Assembly: GCA_030167865.1 (NCBI GenBank) | Contig: JALAGF010003375.1 | Location: 1 to 39,495 of the forward strand | Direction of reading: 5' to 3' | DNA: 39,495 nt | DNA from: Craspedostauros australis | Lineage: Eukaryota | Shown: one piece after another, positions 20,231-31,653 of the stretch | How positions within the stretch are numbered: the stretch's first letter is position 1 | Layout: each line of letters opens with the position of its first letter | Notes under the pieces: generated by a model | The model's database searches: none | The model's input: only the letters and a program-made list of their open reading frames with translations | Told to the model about the DNA's origin: nothing | Made by a program: the position numbers and the translations under genes

Positions 20231-21777
20231 GGTGGCGTGGATCGAGGATCTCCGAACCAAGTGACGTGTGCAAGAGTACGCGCTCAAAGGCAGCACCAGA
20301 CACATTGTTGCCCTGGGTTCAGAGTGCCTCCATTTGGTGCTGCCTGTTCTGGTTGTTTCTTGTTGGTGTCTGCCCTGTGCCACGTCGTGCGTCAACTCGG
20401 GTATGAGTTCACTATGGACGTATACTCGGTAGACGCTGCCACAGCATCTTCACTTCCTGCGTCGACGCCTGTGTTATTGCGTCACCTGTGCGAATATTCA
20501 CGCAACTATTGTGCTCTCTCTGCCACACGACTATCGCACGCGCTCCTTGTATTTCCCGAGCAACCGCCTTCGTCACCACCACCATGACCGTCATCGCTAC
20601 TGCAAACAGCAGACGAGCATCCAAGGGAGCTCTTTCGCGGACTGTACCGCGCCGCTGCCTGACCACTCGTACGAATGCGATTGCGGTTCGAAAGGATCTC
20701 TCGCTTCGTGCGGAGCTGTGCCCTTTCAAAGTGCGCACTTGAAGAGGGCAGAACGGCATCACAACAGCGGATGAACCTGGCGCGCCTCATCATCGTCCAC
20801 GGAAAGAGCGTGCGCTAAACCGTGTTGTTGTGATAGTGCATCTCCAAAGGGAGCTCTCTCGGAAGGCAACGCCAATGACGCAGCCAACAACTTCCCTGAC
20901 CTCTGTTGTCGGCGGATTGGATCATTGTCGAACGATCCGCTCCACGCAATTCTACATACGGGTATGTCCCTTGTGGCAAAGTTCTGGGCTTGAAGAAAAT
21001 TAGTTTCTGTGGGTCTCCATCGCGACCACTCGGCACTGGAAGTGCAGCTGAATCTTGGTTGGTCCACTTGAACCTCTCAACTCGTGGCTTCTCTTTCGGA
21101 ATTCATCACCTGCGCCTCCGCTGTGCTGGGCTCCACCCTCTTCTTGATTCGCCCCTCTCCTTGTCATCGCACCCTTCTGGCATCGGACGGGCCGCACCTG
21201 GCATGCTGGTACGGGCGTCCACTTCTCTCTGCATTTGGTGCCGATGGAGCGGCGAGAGCTGTTTCCGAGGGTGGAGCTGGTATTCGTATTACACATGGGA
21301 GGCCATGCCCGCATGGAATGCGCTCTCGATGGGTTGGGTTGCTTGGCTTGGGTGCGTGGTATGCCCACCAGAATGTACTCGGACAAGGGCGAAGGGTGCA
21401 TGAATCTTCTGCCCTCTCGTGACGCCAGTTGAAGATGACCACCCCCACGTGCGGCGCCCACCCTCTCGCTTGCCTCGTGCACCCCATGACCAACTCCGAC
21501 CTGTTTACGCGTATGATGGCCGACCGCAAGAGTCGAAATTCGGCGATTGCTGGACAGCGAACCATCGTCGCGTCGTCAGGCGTAGATAGCCGTAGACGTG
21601 TCGAGTATGGTACCGTATATGGGCAGGAAGCACAGATTACCTTAGATGTGTAGGCGGACCCTTGCGAAGAAGCACATTTGTTGAGGCGTGGAAACGACTG
21701 GTCTTACTCTCCTTTCTCTCTCTCTGTGTCTTTCTCTCCCTGGGGAGAGACAGAGCACCATACATTATTGATCAACT

Positions 21778-24700
21778 TCAAGGAATGCCGTAAACGGCGG
21801 CTTCGCGGATAGCCCGGACGAACGTCGAGTCCCAGAACTTGCGCGAAAGCAAGCCCTCCACATCTTCGCCTTCCAGATCGGTATCGGTACCGCCAAGCCC
21901 AGTGCCATCTCTGTCGTCAGTTGGCGATCTCTGCTGTGTCTTCAACCTCTGCTGATGCTTGAGATACTTCACTTGATCGGACACGGGGCCTGCCCCAAAC
22001 ACCTTGCGGATGACGTCGCCCTTCACCCCCTTCCCGAGCTCGTTGTGGAACCACGCGATGCGACTATCCAGTCTGAATTTACCGGATTGCTCGCGCTCGA
22101 GGGCCTCCTGCTTCGTGATTGCTGCTGCTTGCATCAGGCGGAGTGTGGCAGCCTCCCACGTAAAGGCATGTCGCAGCTCATCCGTCAACGGTGCGGGGTC
22201 ATGTGACAGGGCCCACCAGAGATTCGCAACGAACTCCATCTTGTTGTTGTAGGCAAGGCAGTTGGGGAACTGCAGGAAGAATGTGTTGGATGGGTGCACC
22301 GGGATGATCACGAACTTGCCCATGGCAAGGGCTTCGAAGGTTGTCGTGCAAAGCACCTCGGAAATGGACGGGTTGACGAAGATGCTGTAATCGGTGTCCC
22401 TGAGCGCAGCATGGTCCACCCGACCAGGGAACGTGGCTGGAATCGCCTGGCGGCGAAATTCGTGCCATGATCGAGGGACCTTGTCAGTGAGCTTGACGAT
22501 CTTTGTTTTCGTCATGTCCAACTTTTCCTTGATTGCCGCCTGGATGGCCTCCAAGGTCGTTGCATTGAATTCGATGGTCTCGTTGCGCAGACTGTCGAGA
22601 GACCTGGGGACCTCTTGGATGATCTGGTCCAACGAATCCACAGCAATGGTTGGCAGTTGCTCCACAGCCACAATGGCCTTCTCAGCGATGACTTCCAATG
22701 CCTCCGATAGGTCTCCGTACGCTTCCTTGGCCTTGAATGGGATCTTCCGCAGCTCCGCCTTGGCTTGCGACGTCCACTTCTCCACCGAGTCCACGAATTT
22801 GCTGTACAGCGCATCGATCGAAGAACTTGCGCTGTCACTGTGATCGTCACTGGAGTCATCACTGCGGTCGTCACTGTCATTGCCACTGCCATGACGATCA
22901 GCAGGCGGGTCCTCGGAGACATCGTTATCACCGTTGATAGTATCATCTTGGCTTTCCCTTGCACTGCCCTTGTGGCTGGTGCGACTGTATCCATAGGGGT
23001 ATGGAAGGTCGCTGCGATTGCGACGATTGATCCATGTGAAGGCTTTCACCATGATCTTTGGCAGCTTCGAGGTGTCCTTCGAGGGCATGAATTTGGAGCT
23101 CTTGGAACTAGAAAAGGCAACCACTGACTGGGAAGAATGCCCTGCTTTCTGCTGCTTCCCTCGTTCGGTGGTGGATGAGTCAGATGCCATGCCATCAACG
23201 CCGCTGCTGGGAATACCACTGCCACCTCCGTTCGAACTCAATCGTTTGCGACCGATGAAAGCGCGCTCGATTTCGGCAGAGTCTGGGCCGGATCCAAAAA
23301 TGTCGATGGGGAAGTACTCGCCAGTGACCTCTTTGCCATACTCTTGGTAATCCAGCAGCAGGTCAAAGCCTTTGGCCCAGACGAGTTTGCCAATGAAGTA
23401 TACCTTCTTTGGTTGCTCTCCGTTGCCGCTCTTGCCATCGCCGCTGCCATCATCGCGGTTCGATGCGGCGTGTGGGAGAGGTTCCCGTTGGATGAAGTCA
23501 GATCTGACCCCATGGACGTTCTCCGTGACCTCCTTCTCTGCGGCGTAGGACTGCAGCACATCCGAGAGCTTCAAGATCTTGTGTGTGTAGGCCCGTATCA
23601 TCGCCGATGAAATCAGCTCCAACGCCGGTGCCGTCCACAGTCCACCGAATTCATTCGCCGCATACTCCTTGTAGTTGGTGTGGATGATGCCAACGACGTA
23701 GTTGTATTTCTTCGTCCAGCCATCACCTGGGGCTCGGAACCAATTGCAATGCTGTTGTTGCATTATGGTATCACGGCATCACGGCATCACGGCGCAATGT
23801 ACGCAATGTCCACGAATGAAAGTACGGAGAGAGGAAGGAGCAAGTAGAAAATGCCCTCGGGAGAGATGAGCGACGATGAAAGCGTTCTGCATGGAAGGGA
23901 TACGGCAGCATTCGGCAAGACACGCTGACAGGCAAAGCACGCGCTGAGAGTGCATCGGACAGTGCGTCGCTCTGCTTACCTCCGGCTCTTCCAGGATGCA
24001 GACATCTCGTTCCGATTCAGGCATCTTGGCTTCGTCGATGATGTCGCCCATGGCGAAGACGCTGCCCATGCCGGCGTGGTATCGTGCTGGATACCAGACA
24101 ATTTGCATGGAATCTGCCGCATCGGCCAATCCCACGCCATCCTTGCGCAGCCAGTTCCGGATGTACTCCTCCTGCTCTTGCGGCGTCTCGAATAGCTCTT
24201 TGCCGTACACCTGGCGCTGATCCTCGTGCAGTTCCAGCCACGGGATGACCAGCGTCACCCATGACGAATGGGAAGCGGGGATGGAAGAGTTGGTGGATGC
24301 AATCTCTTCATTCTGTTGCCCATCCGTGGTTGGTCGCGCCGGACCACCGCCATTGATTATATTTAATTGTCTGTGCAAGTATGCCGCCCGCAGCAGGGGA
24401 TTGACGGCCGTGCCAGTCATCCATGGCAAGGCTGCGGTGGTGACGACGTGGATGTACCGGCCTGGTCGTGTCAAGTCGGATTGCTCTGTAATTTGTGAGT
24501 CTTCATCTTCGTCATCGGTATCTTCGCCGTCGCTGTGCTGTTCCTTCTCTTGCCCAATGACGCCAATGACGCCTTGGCGATGCGTGGAGATGTCATGGTC
24601 GTCGTCGTCCTTATCATTGGACTGCTCTTCTGTTGCGCCGACTGCCTGATCATGGAAGCCAGCGAGGCTGTCGTCCTGGCCCGATGGCTCGTTGGCGATC

Positions 24701-25521
24701 GAATCTTCGTGCGGCGCCTGGAAGAGAGCGCTGATCCGCTGCCGCCCACCTTTGCTACCATGGGAATCCAGCACCGCATCACTCTCACGACGCAAGAGCG
24801 TGGAGCTGATATTTGCGATCTTGTCCAGGAATAGTTTCTGTTGCTGGTCACGCGGATATGGTGGCTCGTACACACTTGCCTGACTGTCTCCATCTGTACC
24901 CATGGTCCCATTCTGCGCCGGCGAATGCGTCGCGTTCATCGACTCCGGACCAGCGCTCGGTGAGCGTGCACTCGTGTCTGCATCGATGCCATCATCCGTC
25001 GGAGTGGCGCCTCCTTGTGGGATTTGCATGACCTGTCGCAGCGAGCCAGAGCACTGTGCGTTGAGAGAAGCCTGCGCATGGCGACAGGGGGCTTGCATGC
25101 TGCGAACTGGTCGCCGTTTCTCCGGATGCTTGGCAATCACCGTCTCGTCGCTCGACAGATGATCGTGTTCGCAACCATCGCCAGCATCGGTGAGGCCTGC
25201 GGGCATGTCAATGGCGTCCGGCAACCCGCGCGCGGCTTCGACGGTGAGCTCGCCATGCTGGGTTCTGGATGCACCGGCTGCTGCCGTACTGGATGCGCCA
25301 GTGTTTGCCACGTTGAATTGCGTCGATGAGGTGTTTGCCGCAAAGAGACAGACGATCCCAACGCAGATCATCGTCCGCGAGACGAACCATCGCAAGGACG
25401 TGGGACGCGTCCCAATGACAGCTGTCTTCGCCATGGCCTTCGACGTCGCCATTGTTGCTGTTGCTGTTGGCGCGAACGGCGAGTCTGCTTCGGCAATTTC
25501 TGCAGTTCTCATCGCTGGCAT
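21778..25521 (-). CDS. DGD: Digalactosyldiacylglycerol synthase (GT4 family), 2 exons, ~1171 aa
   Basis: Exon 1 is 25521-23980 and exon 2 is 23751-21778. The GTAAGC..CAG intron (23979-23752, phase 0) restores ILEEPE/HCNWFR. Conserved DGD motifs: VTTAALPWMTGTAVNPLLRAAYL, VTLVIPWL, VVGIIHTNY, VHGVRSDF, YFIGKLVWAKGF, FVNPSISEVLCTTTFEALAMGKFVIIPVHPSNTFF, TWEAATLR. Confidence 0.95.
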
Positions 25522-25537
25522 GAAGTGTACCACTGAT

Positions 25538-25592
25538 CTTGACTTGGCTTGGCTGAACTTGGGTCGACTTGACTGGACTTGACTCCGCTTGA
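25538..25592. repeat. Degenerate pentamer array (CTTGA/CTTGG-like, about 11 units) in the DGD 5' leader
   Basis: cttga cttgg cttgg ctgaa cttgg gtcga cttga ctgga cttga ctccg cttga. Confidence 0.7.
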
Positions 25593-26278
25593 CCGGGGCT
25601 GTTGCGAAGAGTCTCCAATGATGCCGGAGTGTGATGGTCTCCTGCGATGATCCTCTTGCAACAATGCTCTCCTCTTCGTCGTTGTCGTATCTCTCTCTCT
25701 CCCTCTCTCTTCGTGTGTGTGCGTCTTGGGGTATGATTGTGCCAGGATTACTGTGCTAATACTCGTATGATGGTAGGAGGAGTGAGCAGATCATGGTCTG
25801 GATGGAAATGAGCAGTCCAACCCAGCGACAATGGAAAGCGTTCGCCTCGCTGTTGCATCAACCAGACAACGTTGTGTCTGGCTTGTTACGTTGTTGTTCA
25901 ACATGTTTGCTCATCCATCTTCTTCGGATAAACTGGTTTTCAAACGCGAATAATTGTACCTAAAGGAGTAATTTACCGCACCTTTCTATTTCATCTGTTC
26001 AACGGACACGTTGCAGTTTTCATCCAATCATGAGAGACTGCTTCATGTACTTCAATCCCGAATATCTGAATGATCGTTGGAGTCGAACACAGAGTCATCG
26101 TGAATGGAATAGTCCAAAACAAGGACGCACTAAGATTCAGAAAAGAAATGGCTGCGATGTTGGCGACGATCTTTGCGACGATCGGCGGCATCAACCCCCT
26201 CCACTGATCCAAGACCAGAGGATACGCAGAGCTGCACATACGAGCTGCTCCACTCCTTCCAGTATATCGTACTCGTAC

Positions 26279-26863
26279 ATGACCAGCCAGCCTCGCATGA
26301 TGATCTGCATCCAACGCACAACACCGGCGACAAAGGGCCTGTCGTGGCAGCCGTCTTTGGCGTTTCTGGCGCTCCTGCTCCTCTCGGTCGCGCAGCCAGC
26401 TTCTGGCTTCGGCACAAGCGCATCGCCATTGCCATCAACGACATTCTCGCAAGATGATTGCGCGTTCCGCCAGACCGCGTCCTGCATGTTGCAACCACGA
26501 CAGCGGCAACTTCCGGCAACCCGTTGCTCCATGAACAAGAACGGAGGTTCGGAGGAGGACTCGACAGCAGCAGCGACCCGACCAAGGAAGTCAAGCAGCG
26601 TCGACGGCACGGGGCCACGAGGACTCATCCTGCAGGGGTTGGCGCTGTCCGTCTGTCTGTGGTTCTTCACCATCCCGGCGGAACTGCGACGCGTCCATTT
26701 TTGCACTGCTGAACGTTGCGTGCAGAATCGGGCTGCGTGCTACGACTGCGTCACCTTCGGAGAGTGGAAGTCAGACATCGTGCAGTACTATCAGAACGGA
26801 GGCGGCATCGAGTGGGATTTCAGCATCAGCCAAGAGTCCAGGGATATGTTTGCGGATAAGTAA
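26279..26863 (+). CDS. Small predicted plastid-targeted membrane protein with a 4-Cys C-terminal domain
   Basis: Signal peptide LAFLALLLLSVAQPASG|F (ASAFAP-like cleavage site), then a Ser/Thr/Arg-rich transit-like segment and a hydrophobic segment GLILQGLALSVCLWFFTIP. C-terminal domain FCTAERCVQNRAACYDCVTFGEW...YYQNGGGIEWDFSI. The start could be 26279, 26297 or 26300. Confidence 0.8.
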   Translation: MTSQPRMMICIQRTTPATKGLSWQPSLAFLALLLLSVAQPASGFGTSASPLPSTTFSQDDCAFRQTASCMLQPRQRQLPATRCSMNKNGGSEEDSTAAATRPRKSSSVDGTGPRGLILQGLALSVCLWFFTIPAELRRVHFCTAERCVQNRAACYDCVTFGEWKSDIVQYYQNGGGIEWDFSISQESRDMFADK

Positions 26864-28593
26864 GGTGGTATTCTTCTATTATATAATAGTATAATACAAT
26901 CTATTGTCCCCTTCCCTAGTCTAGTCTTATTCTCTATTGGATGTTTGTTCTGTAGTTGTGGTGCAGTTGCCTTTCGGCTGTTGCGTGCTGCCTTTCTAGC
27001 GATGACCAAATTGATGGCGTCCCATGTGCTCCGTTCGACTCTATTTGTGGTTGACATCCACTGTTTCTCGATCTCTCTTCTGTGCCTGTGCAGCAGGCGT
27101 CGTGGTTGTGCGCAGTCTCACTGCCAGCAGCGTTTGCTGCATCTCGTTCGACGGAAGGATGCAAGCGTGGCAAGTTGCCTGGATGGATGGATGGGCGAAG
27201 CCACGATAGAGAAAGAAAGCATCGTGCATGGTACATTGACAAGAACCGCAGCAAAATGGTGTGAGATGAAGGAGTCATGACAAAGGCCTAGTACGGATAC
27301 TGCAAAACATGGGTTCAAAGTCCCGCTCGTCTCTTTCTTCCAGAGGGCAGCAGCAGTGTGAGCAGCCGGGCAACCGAATCATTCTATATAGTAGCTGTAA
27401 GATTTGATCGTTTTGTCAACACATTCTGATTCAGTCAGCAATTGGACGTAATCGGGTGTATAATCATCTTCGGTTGTTTTGCGCGTGCGTCGCCTTTGCG
27501 TCGTTTTGAGCTTTGTACATCGAGTTGCGTTGCATTGTATTGGATTGCGTGGCAGCGCAGCATGCTGCCATCGAGCTTTGGCAAATCAGCATCGACTCCA
27601 AAAAGATGGAGATTGCACAACACACAGTTCGTAGTTGCGCTTACCTGGCAAGACAGATCTGGTCCAAGACGATCGGTTCGGGACCACGTGAAATCCTCAC
27701 TTCCATTTCTTCATGCCGCTCTGGAGAGCCTGCATGGTCACAGTTGCTGCAACTCGATGCAGAGAGGCGCGCATTCCTATCTCCCTGGCCACCAAACACT
27801 CATGTCCATCCTCGCACAGAGAAACGAACAATCGTACTCCTCGTGCCGTGATAGGCAATAGTGCGATGAAGTCAGAGTCGGATGCAATAGAACGAAGAAA
27901 GCGCCAGGAGCGTCCGCCTGTGAAGTTGATGTGATTGTGTTTGTGATGGTGAAAGAGAGTGGATCGGAATAAGTCCATACAAGTACGCAGAAAATTGTAT
28001 TACCATGCAGCAGCGTGAGACAAACGACCATTGGGAACCATGCGTTCATCCCAAAAGAACAAGCACTTCCTCCACCTTGCTGTCTGCGTCATCTCTGTTT
28101 TCATCTCCATTCCTAATTGCGCACATGGAATTGATCGTCATGAAGAGGCTCTTGGGAGCCCCTCAGAAACCGTAGTAATATGAGCTTCCATTTCTATAAT
28201 CATCGGAATGGAGATGTGCAGTTTGTGCTCGGATGTGCACGTATGCAGATGACGCATTGCGTTCAGGTGGGCCGTTTGCTTTCCAATTTGATTACTCTCC
28301 ACAACAACGCGTGTTATCTTTTGTGTCATCTGTGCGTACCTGACGATCGTGGTGAAGGATAGCGCAGTGAGGCGGGCCTTGCCGGATCTTCTCGCACATC
28401 TGCCTTTCTTGATTGCTGGTTTACGCGGCTTCAGCCGCCACCGTGCCAATCATTCATCTGATGGTCTCGGTGGTGAACTTCATCATACAGCTCGTGTTGA
28501 GTGCTTCTTGTTTGTCGACTTCATCGCCAAGCTGCTGGAGCCTTGCAAAGACCAGTCCGCGTGGATTTGTGAGTACGCATCACACAGATGAGA

Positions 28594-28638
28594 TCCACAA
28601 CGTCCACAACGTCCACAACGTCCACAACATCCACAACC
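28594..28638. repeat. 9-bp tandem repeat TCCACAAC(G/A/C) x5
   Basis: Units start at 28594, 28603, 28612, 28621 and 28630. Confidence 0.95.
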
Positions 28639-30047
28639 CCACGCAAACGCTCAAACAGACACCTCTGAATTGCTCCATCGCACAAGATTGCAAAGATCTT
28701 TGATGTCATCACTTGTGTGATTTCTGAAGTGCCACCATTTTCGTGGTTGTGAGAGGACGCTTCATCGTACAGACAGCAAGGCGGAAGAAGAGACGAATTG
28801 TTCCTCCACCAGTCTATTCTCTCAAATGCAGCCAAGCTGGCAAAACGAACCTGATCTAGTCCAGAGGTGGTCATATTCTGTCGGAATACAAGGACTCTCC
28901 TCGGGTCGTTTGTACGTGAGTCGAAGGGCCCCAACCGCTGCTATTTTGCCCATACTCGCACAAGCATGTTTGTACTAATGCTCTATCATGCGCCCATGTG
29001 TTATCCCTCCGCCTTCAAAGCCATGAACAACAATGCAGCACTAATACTGCCATCCACAGCGATGGAGGGTGGAAGCGCGAAGCTTGTGGACCATGGCAGA
29101 ACCCAACAAAAGCGACAGCCATTCAAGATTCGGCTACTACCGCTTTTCCGAAGACCGTGCAAAGGCGGTGGTGGTACAGTTCGTGGAAAATTAAGCAAGC
29201 AGAGGGGAACCAACCTTGGCTCTTGATGCTGTTTCTGCAGCGATTGCCGATGCCCTTCTTGTGCCGATAGTCGGGGCAGTGCAGCTGCTGCTTGTTCCCC
29301 TTCTCTACTTTGCGCTCTTCCGACTGACACTTGCGACCTTTCACGTCGCTGATCGGTGCGCTTTGGTTGTGGATGCTGCCAGTGGTTCTTGTGACGGGAG
29401 GTGTTCGCTGTGCGTGGTCCTCCCCTCCGACTGTCTCCGTTTGTGGAAGCAGGCGTCGTGATTGCCCATCTTCCTTGTTCGTCGAACGGGCCTTTTTCTA
29501 TTTTGGGAGTTGAAGAACACGCGGCTGATACAACAGCATCTGCAAACGGAGATTGAGGCACGTTCATCACTTGTACTCTTTGCCACTCTTCTCTATACTC
29601 CACTTCTCTGCTCAGCCTTGTTACGCGGATACGAGCAACGAGAGAGCGCCGACTCTTACCACGGTGGGATGGCACCACATGACACCACAGATGCACCATA
29701 GTACATGCTCACAGCTCGCACCACACTGGCCGCAACAACGAATTTTGCAGCATTACAAGTCTACGGTGGTAGCATGGTGAGTCGCGATGACAAAACAACA
29801 AGAACAGAGGGCATTCGGTCTGCCATTTGACATTTTGACCATTCGCTCCAATCCTCGCTACGGTTGCTACCGACGTACGCTCCACACTCATATCCCATGA
29901 ACCATGCCGCCGTATTGTGCTCCGCCTCTCTGTCTCTGTCTCTTGTGCCTCTTGCACTCGCAGAACACGATGCCAAGTATGCTGTGCAGACCGGAAACTT
30001 GCTCGACGCCCATGATTGGCAGCCGCGATAACACAAACCAAGATGTC

Positions 30048-30078
30048 AACGAACGAACGAACGAACAAACGAACGAAC
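30048..30078. repeat. (AACG)n tetranucleotide microsatellite
   Basis: aacgaacgaacgaacgaacaaacgaacgaac. Confidence 0.85.
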
Positions 30079-30372
30079 CCACAAGGTCCGCTCTTCCACC
30101 AGAACATCGCATGTGTGTTCAAGTTTGCGAGACGTGCGCTCGACACTCTTCTGCAGAGCTGATGGCGCAGAATCCTCAACCTCGGCTGTCCTTGGACACT
30201 TTGTGGACGCCGAGTGACATCAAATGCATCTGCTGGACTGTACCCGCATACATTCATCACGGGATTGTATCCTCTCTCGCTATCTTGCTCGCTGTCTTTC
30301 TCTCTTCCCGCGATTCGAGTGGCGCATCGTGGGATTGCGTGCCGACGTGTCTTGGCGAGTAACATGCATGTC

Positions 30373-30428
30373 GCTCTTGCTGCTCTTGCTGCTGCTGCTG
30401 CTGCTGTTGTTGTGGTTGCTACTGCTGC
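30373..30428. repeat. (GCT)n-type trinucleotide microsatellite, imperfect
   Basis: gctcttgctgctcttgctgctgctgctgctgctgttgttgtggttgctactgctgc. Confidence 0.8.
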
Positions 30429-31149
30429 CGTCCAAAGGCCCAGTTGAAGGGCGTTTGTAGTCTACGGGACGTGAAATGGCTCACAGGTGATATCCCTACC
30501 TGGTCTACGCGAACAGGCCACACTGAGGAGCCCACGATCACACTCGACCTTTTGCCATGCATGGCATGTGCGTGTCAGTACAGTGAAGAGACTTCAGTGG
30601 AGTTGTCAGGTACTCTACAGGAAGATCTGGCGCAGGGCGAGGAAGGACGGAGGGAGGTACGGAAGGGCACAACGCCAAAGATCCCACCCAACATCTGTTT
30701 GCAGAGGAATGTACGTAGCCTCGGTAGGGACCCTTGGTGGGAAGCTCACACGTGATGTCAGATTCTGTTTGGCAGAGAGAGTATGGTGTGGTTGAGAACG
30801 GGTGCAAAAGCCCAGGCCTGACGCATAAATCCACACAAACAAGCACCATGCTAGCCACCAGGGCAGAGTGTGGGAGGAATACCAGAAGCGAGAGGGGCTC
30901 AGATGATTGCCATAAATTAAGAACACAGCACAAATACTCACAAGCCAAAGCGCAAGAACCCAAATCCACATACCACGCCCTTCACCCTTCACTCTTCGCC
31001 CTGCAAACCGCAACACAGCGCCAAACGCACAACCACACAACCATACAATCTGCAACCAACGACACCCTGCGCAAAGAACACAGCACGCACAAGGGCGCAA
31101 AAGAAGCGCAAGTCCACATCCCAAGATCAACTCCGATTCACTCACAATC

Positions 31150-31653
31150 ATGCCATTCACCAAACCAACAGACTCGATTGAGAAGGCCAACACCAGCATC
31201 AGCGACAGCAACCATGATGGAACCTCAGTCGCATCTACGTCCACACCTGCATCTGGATCCGTCACCGCAGCTCAGACTCAGGCGCATTCTCTGACTTCGT
31301 ATCAAGATCAAGCTTCGGCCCGTTTCCAAGCAAATTCCTCGTTTCACTCATCAGGATCCGCAGCATATCCATCTTCTGGCATGCAGCAAGGACAACCACA
31401 AGACCGTGCTATCCCAAGCTCGTTCAATGGCATCATGCTTCACAGACTCGGATCTCCGGCTCTTGCAAGGGAGATTTGCTTCCCATCGCCATCTCAGCCA
31501 GCGCTGATGTCGATAATGGACGATGGCACCGACTTCAGCCAAGATGATGAGATGGAGATGTGGCAACCCGTCGATGGATCTCGCAAGTCCGTCCTGGATA
31601 TCTTGGACGAGGCACTCGATATCGTGAATGGCACGATGGACGGCTTCGATTAA
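31150..31653 (+). CDS. Small disordered protein (167 aa) with C-terminal motif VLDILDEALDIV (family member C)
   Basis: ATG follows a long CA-rich leader. Ser/Thr/Ala/Gln-rich body with the shared terminal motif just before the stop. Confidence 0.7.
   Translation: MPFTKPTDSIEKANTSISDSNHDGTSVASTSTPASGSVTAAQTQAHSLTSYQDQASARFQANSSFHSSGSAAYPSSGMQQGQPQDRAIPSSFNGIMLHRLGSPALAREICFPSPSQPALMSIMDDGTDFSQDDEMEMWQPVDGSRKSVLDILDEALDIVNGTMDGFD

Noticed and set aside
26030-26278. N-terminal 83 codons of the 277-aa track ORF
   Set aside because: The signal peptide lies further downstream, so this is more likely 5' UTR/promoter that happens to be open.
28340-28555. Minus-strand coding-looking fragment LVFARLQQLGDEVDKQEALNTSCMMKFTTETIR*MIGTVAAEAA*TSNQERQMCEKIRQ
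   Set aside because: Two in-frame stops (28456, 28423), no recognisable family and no start/stop context; could be a pseudogene relic but cannot be supported without a search.
4629-30754. CACGTG G-box/E-box hexamers (e.g. 4629-4634, 30749-30754) and TGTCA/TGACA words upstream of the motif genes
   Set aside because: Short words expected many times by chance in 39 kb; no positional conservation could be shown by eye.
29001-31294. Long track ORFs 29001-29699, 29709-30365, 30615-31265 and 30734-31294
   Set aside because: No domain-like content; they are driven by microsatellites and CA/GT-rich leader composition and overlap each other or gene C.
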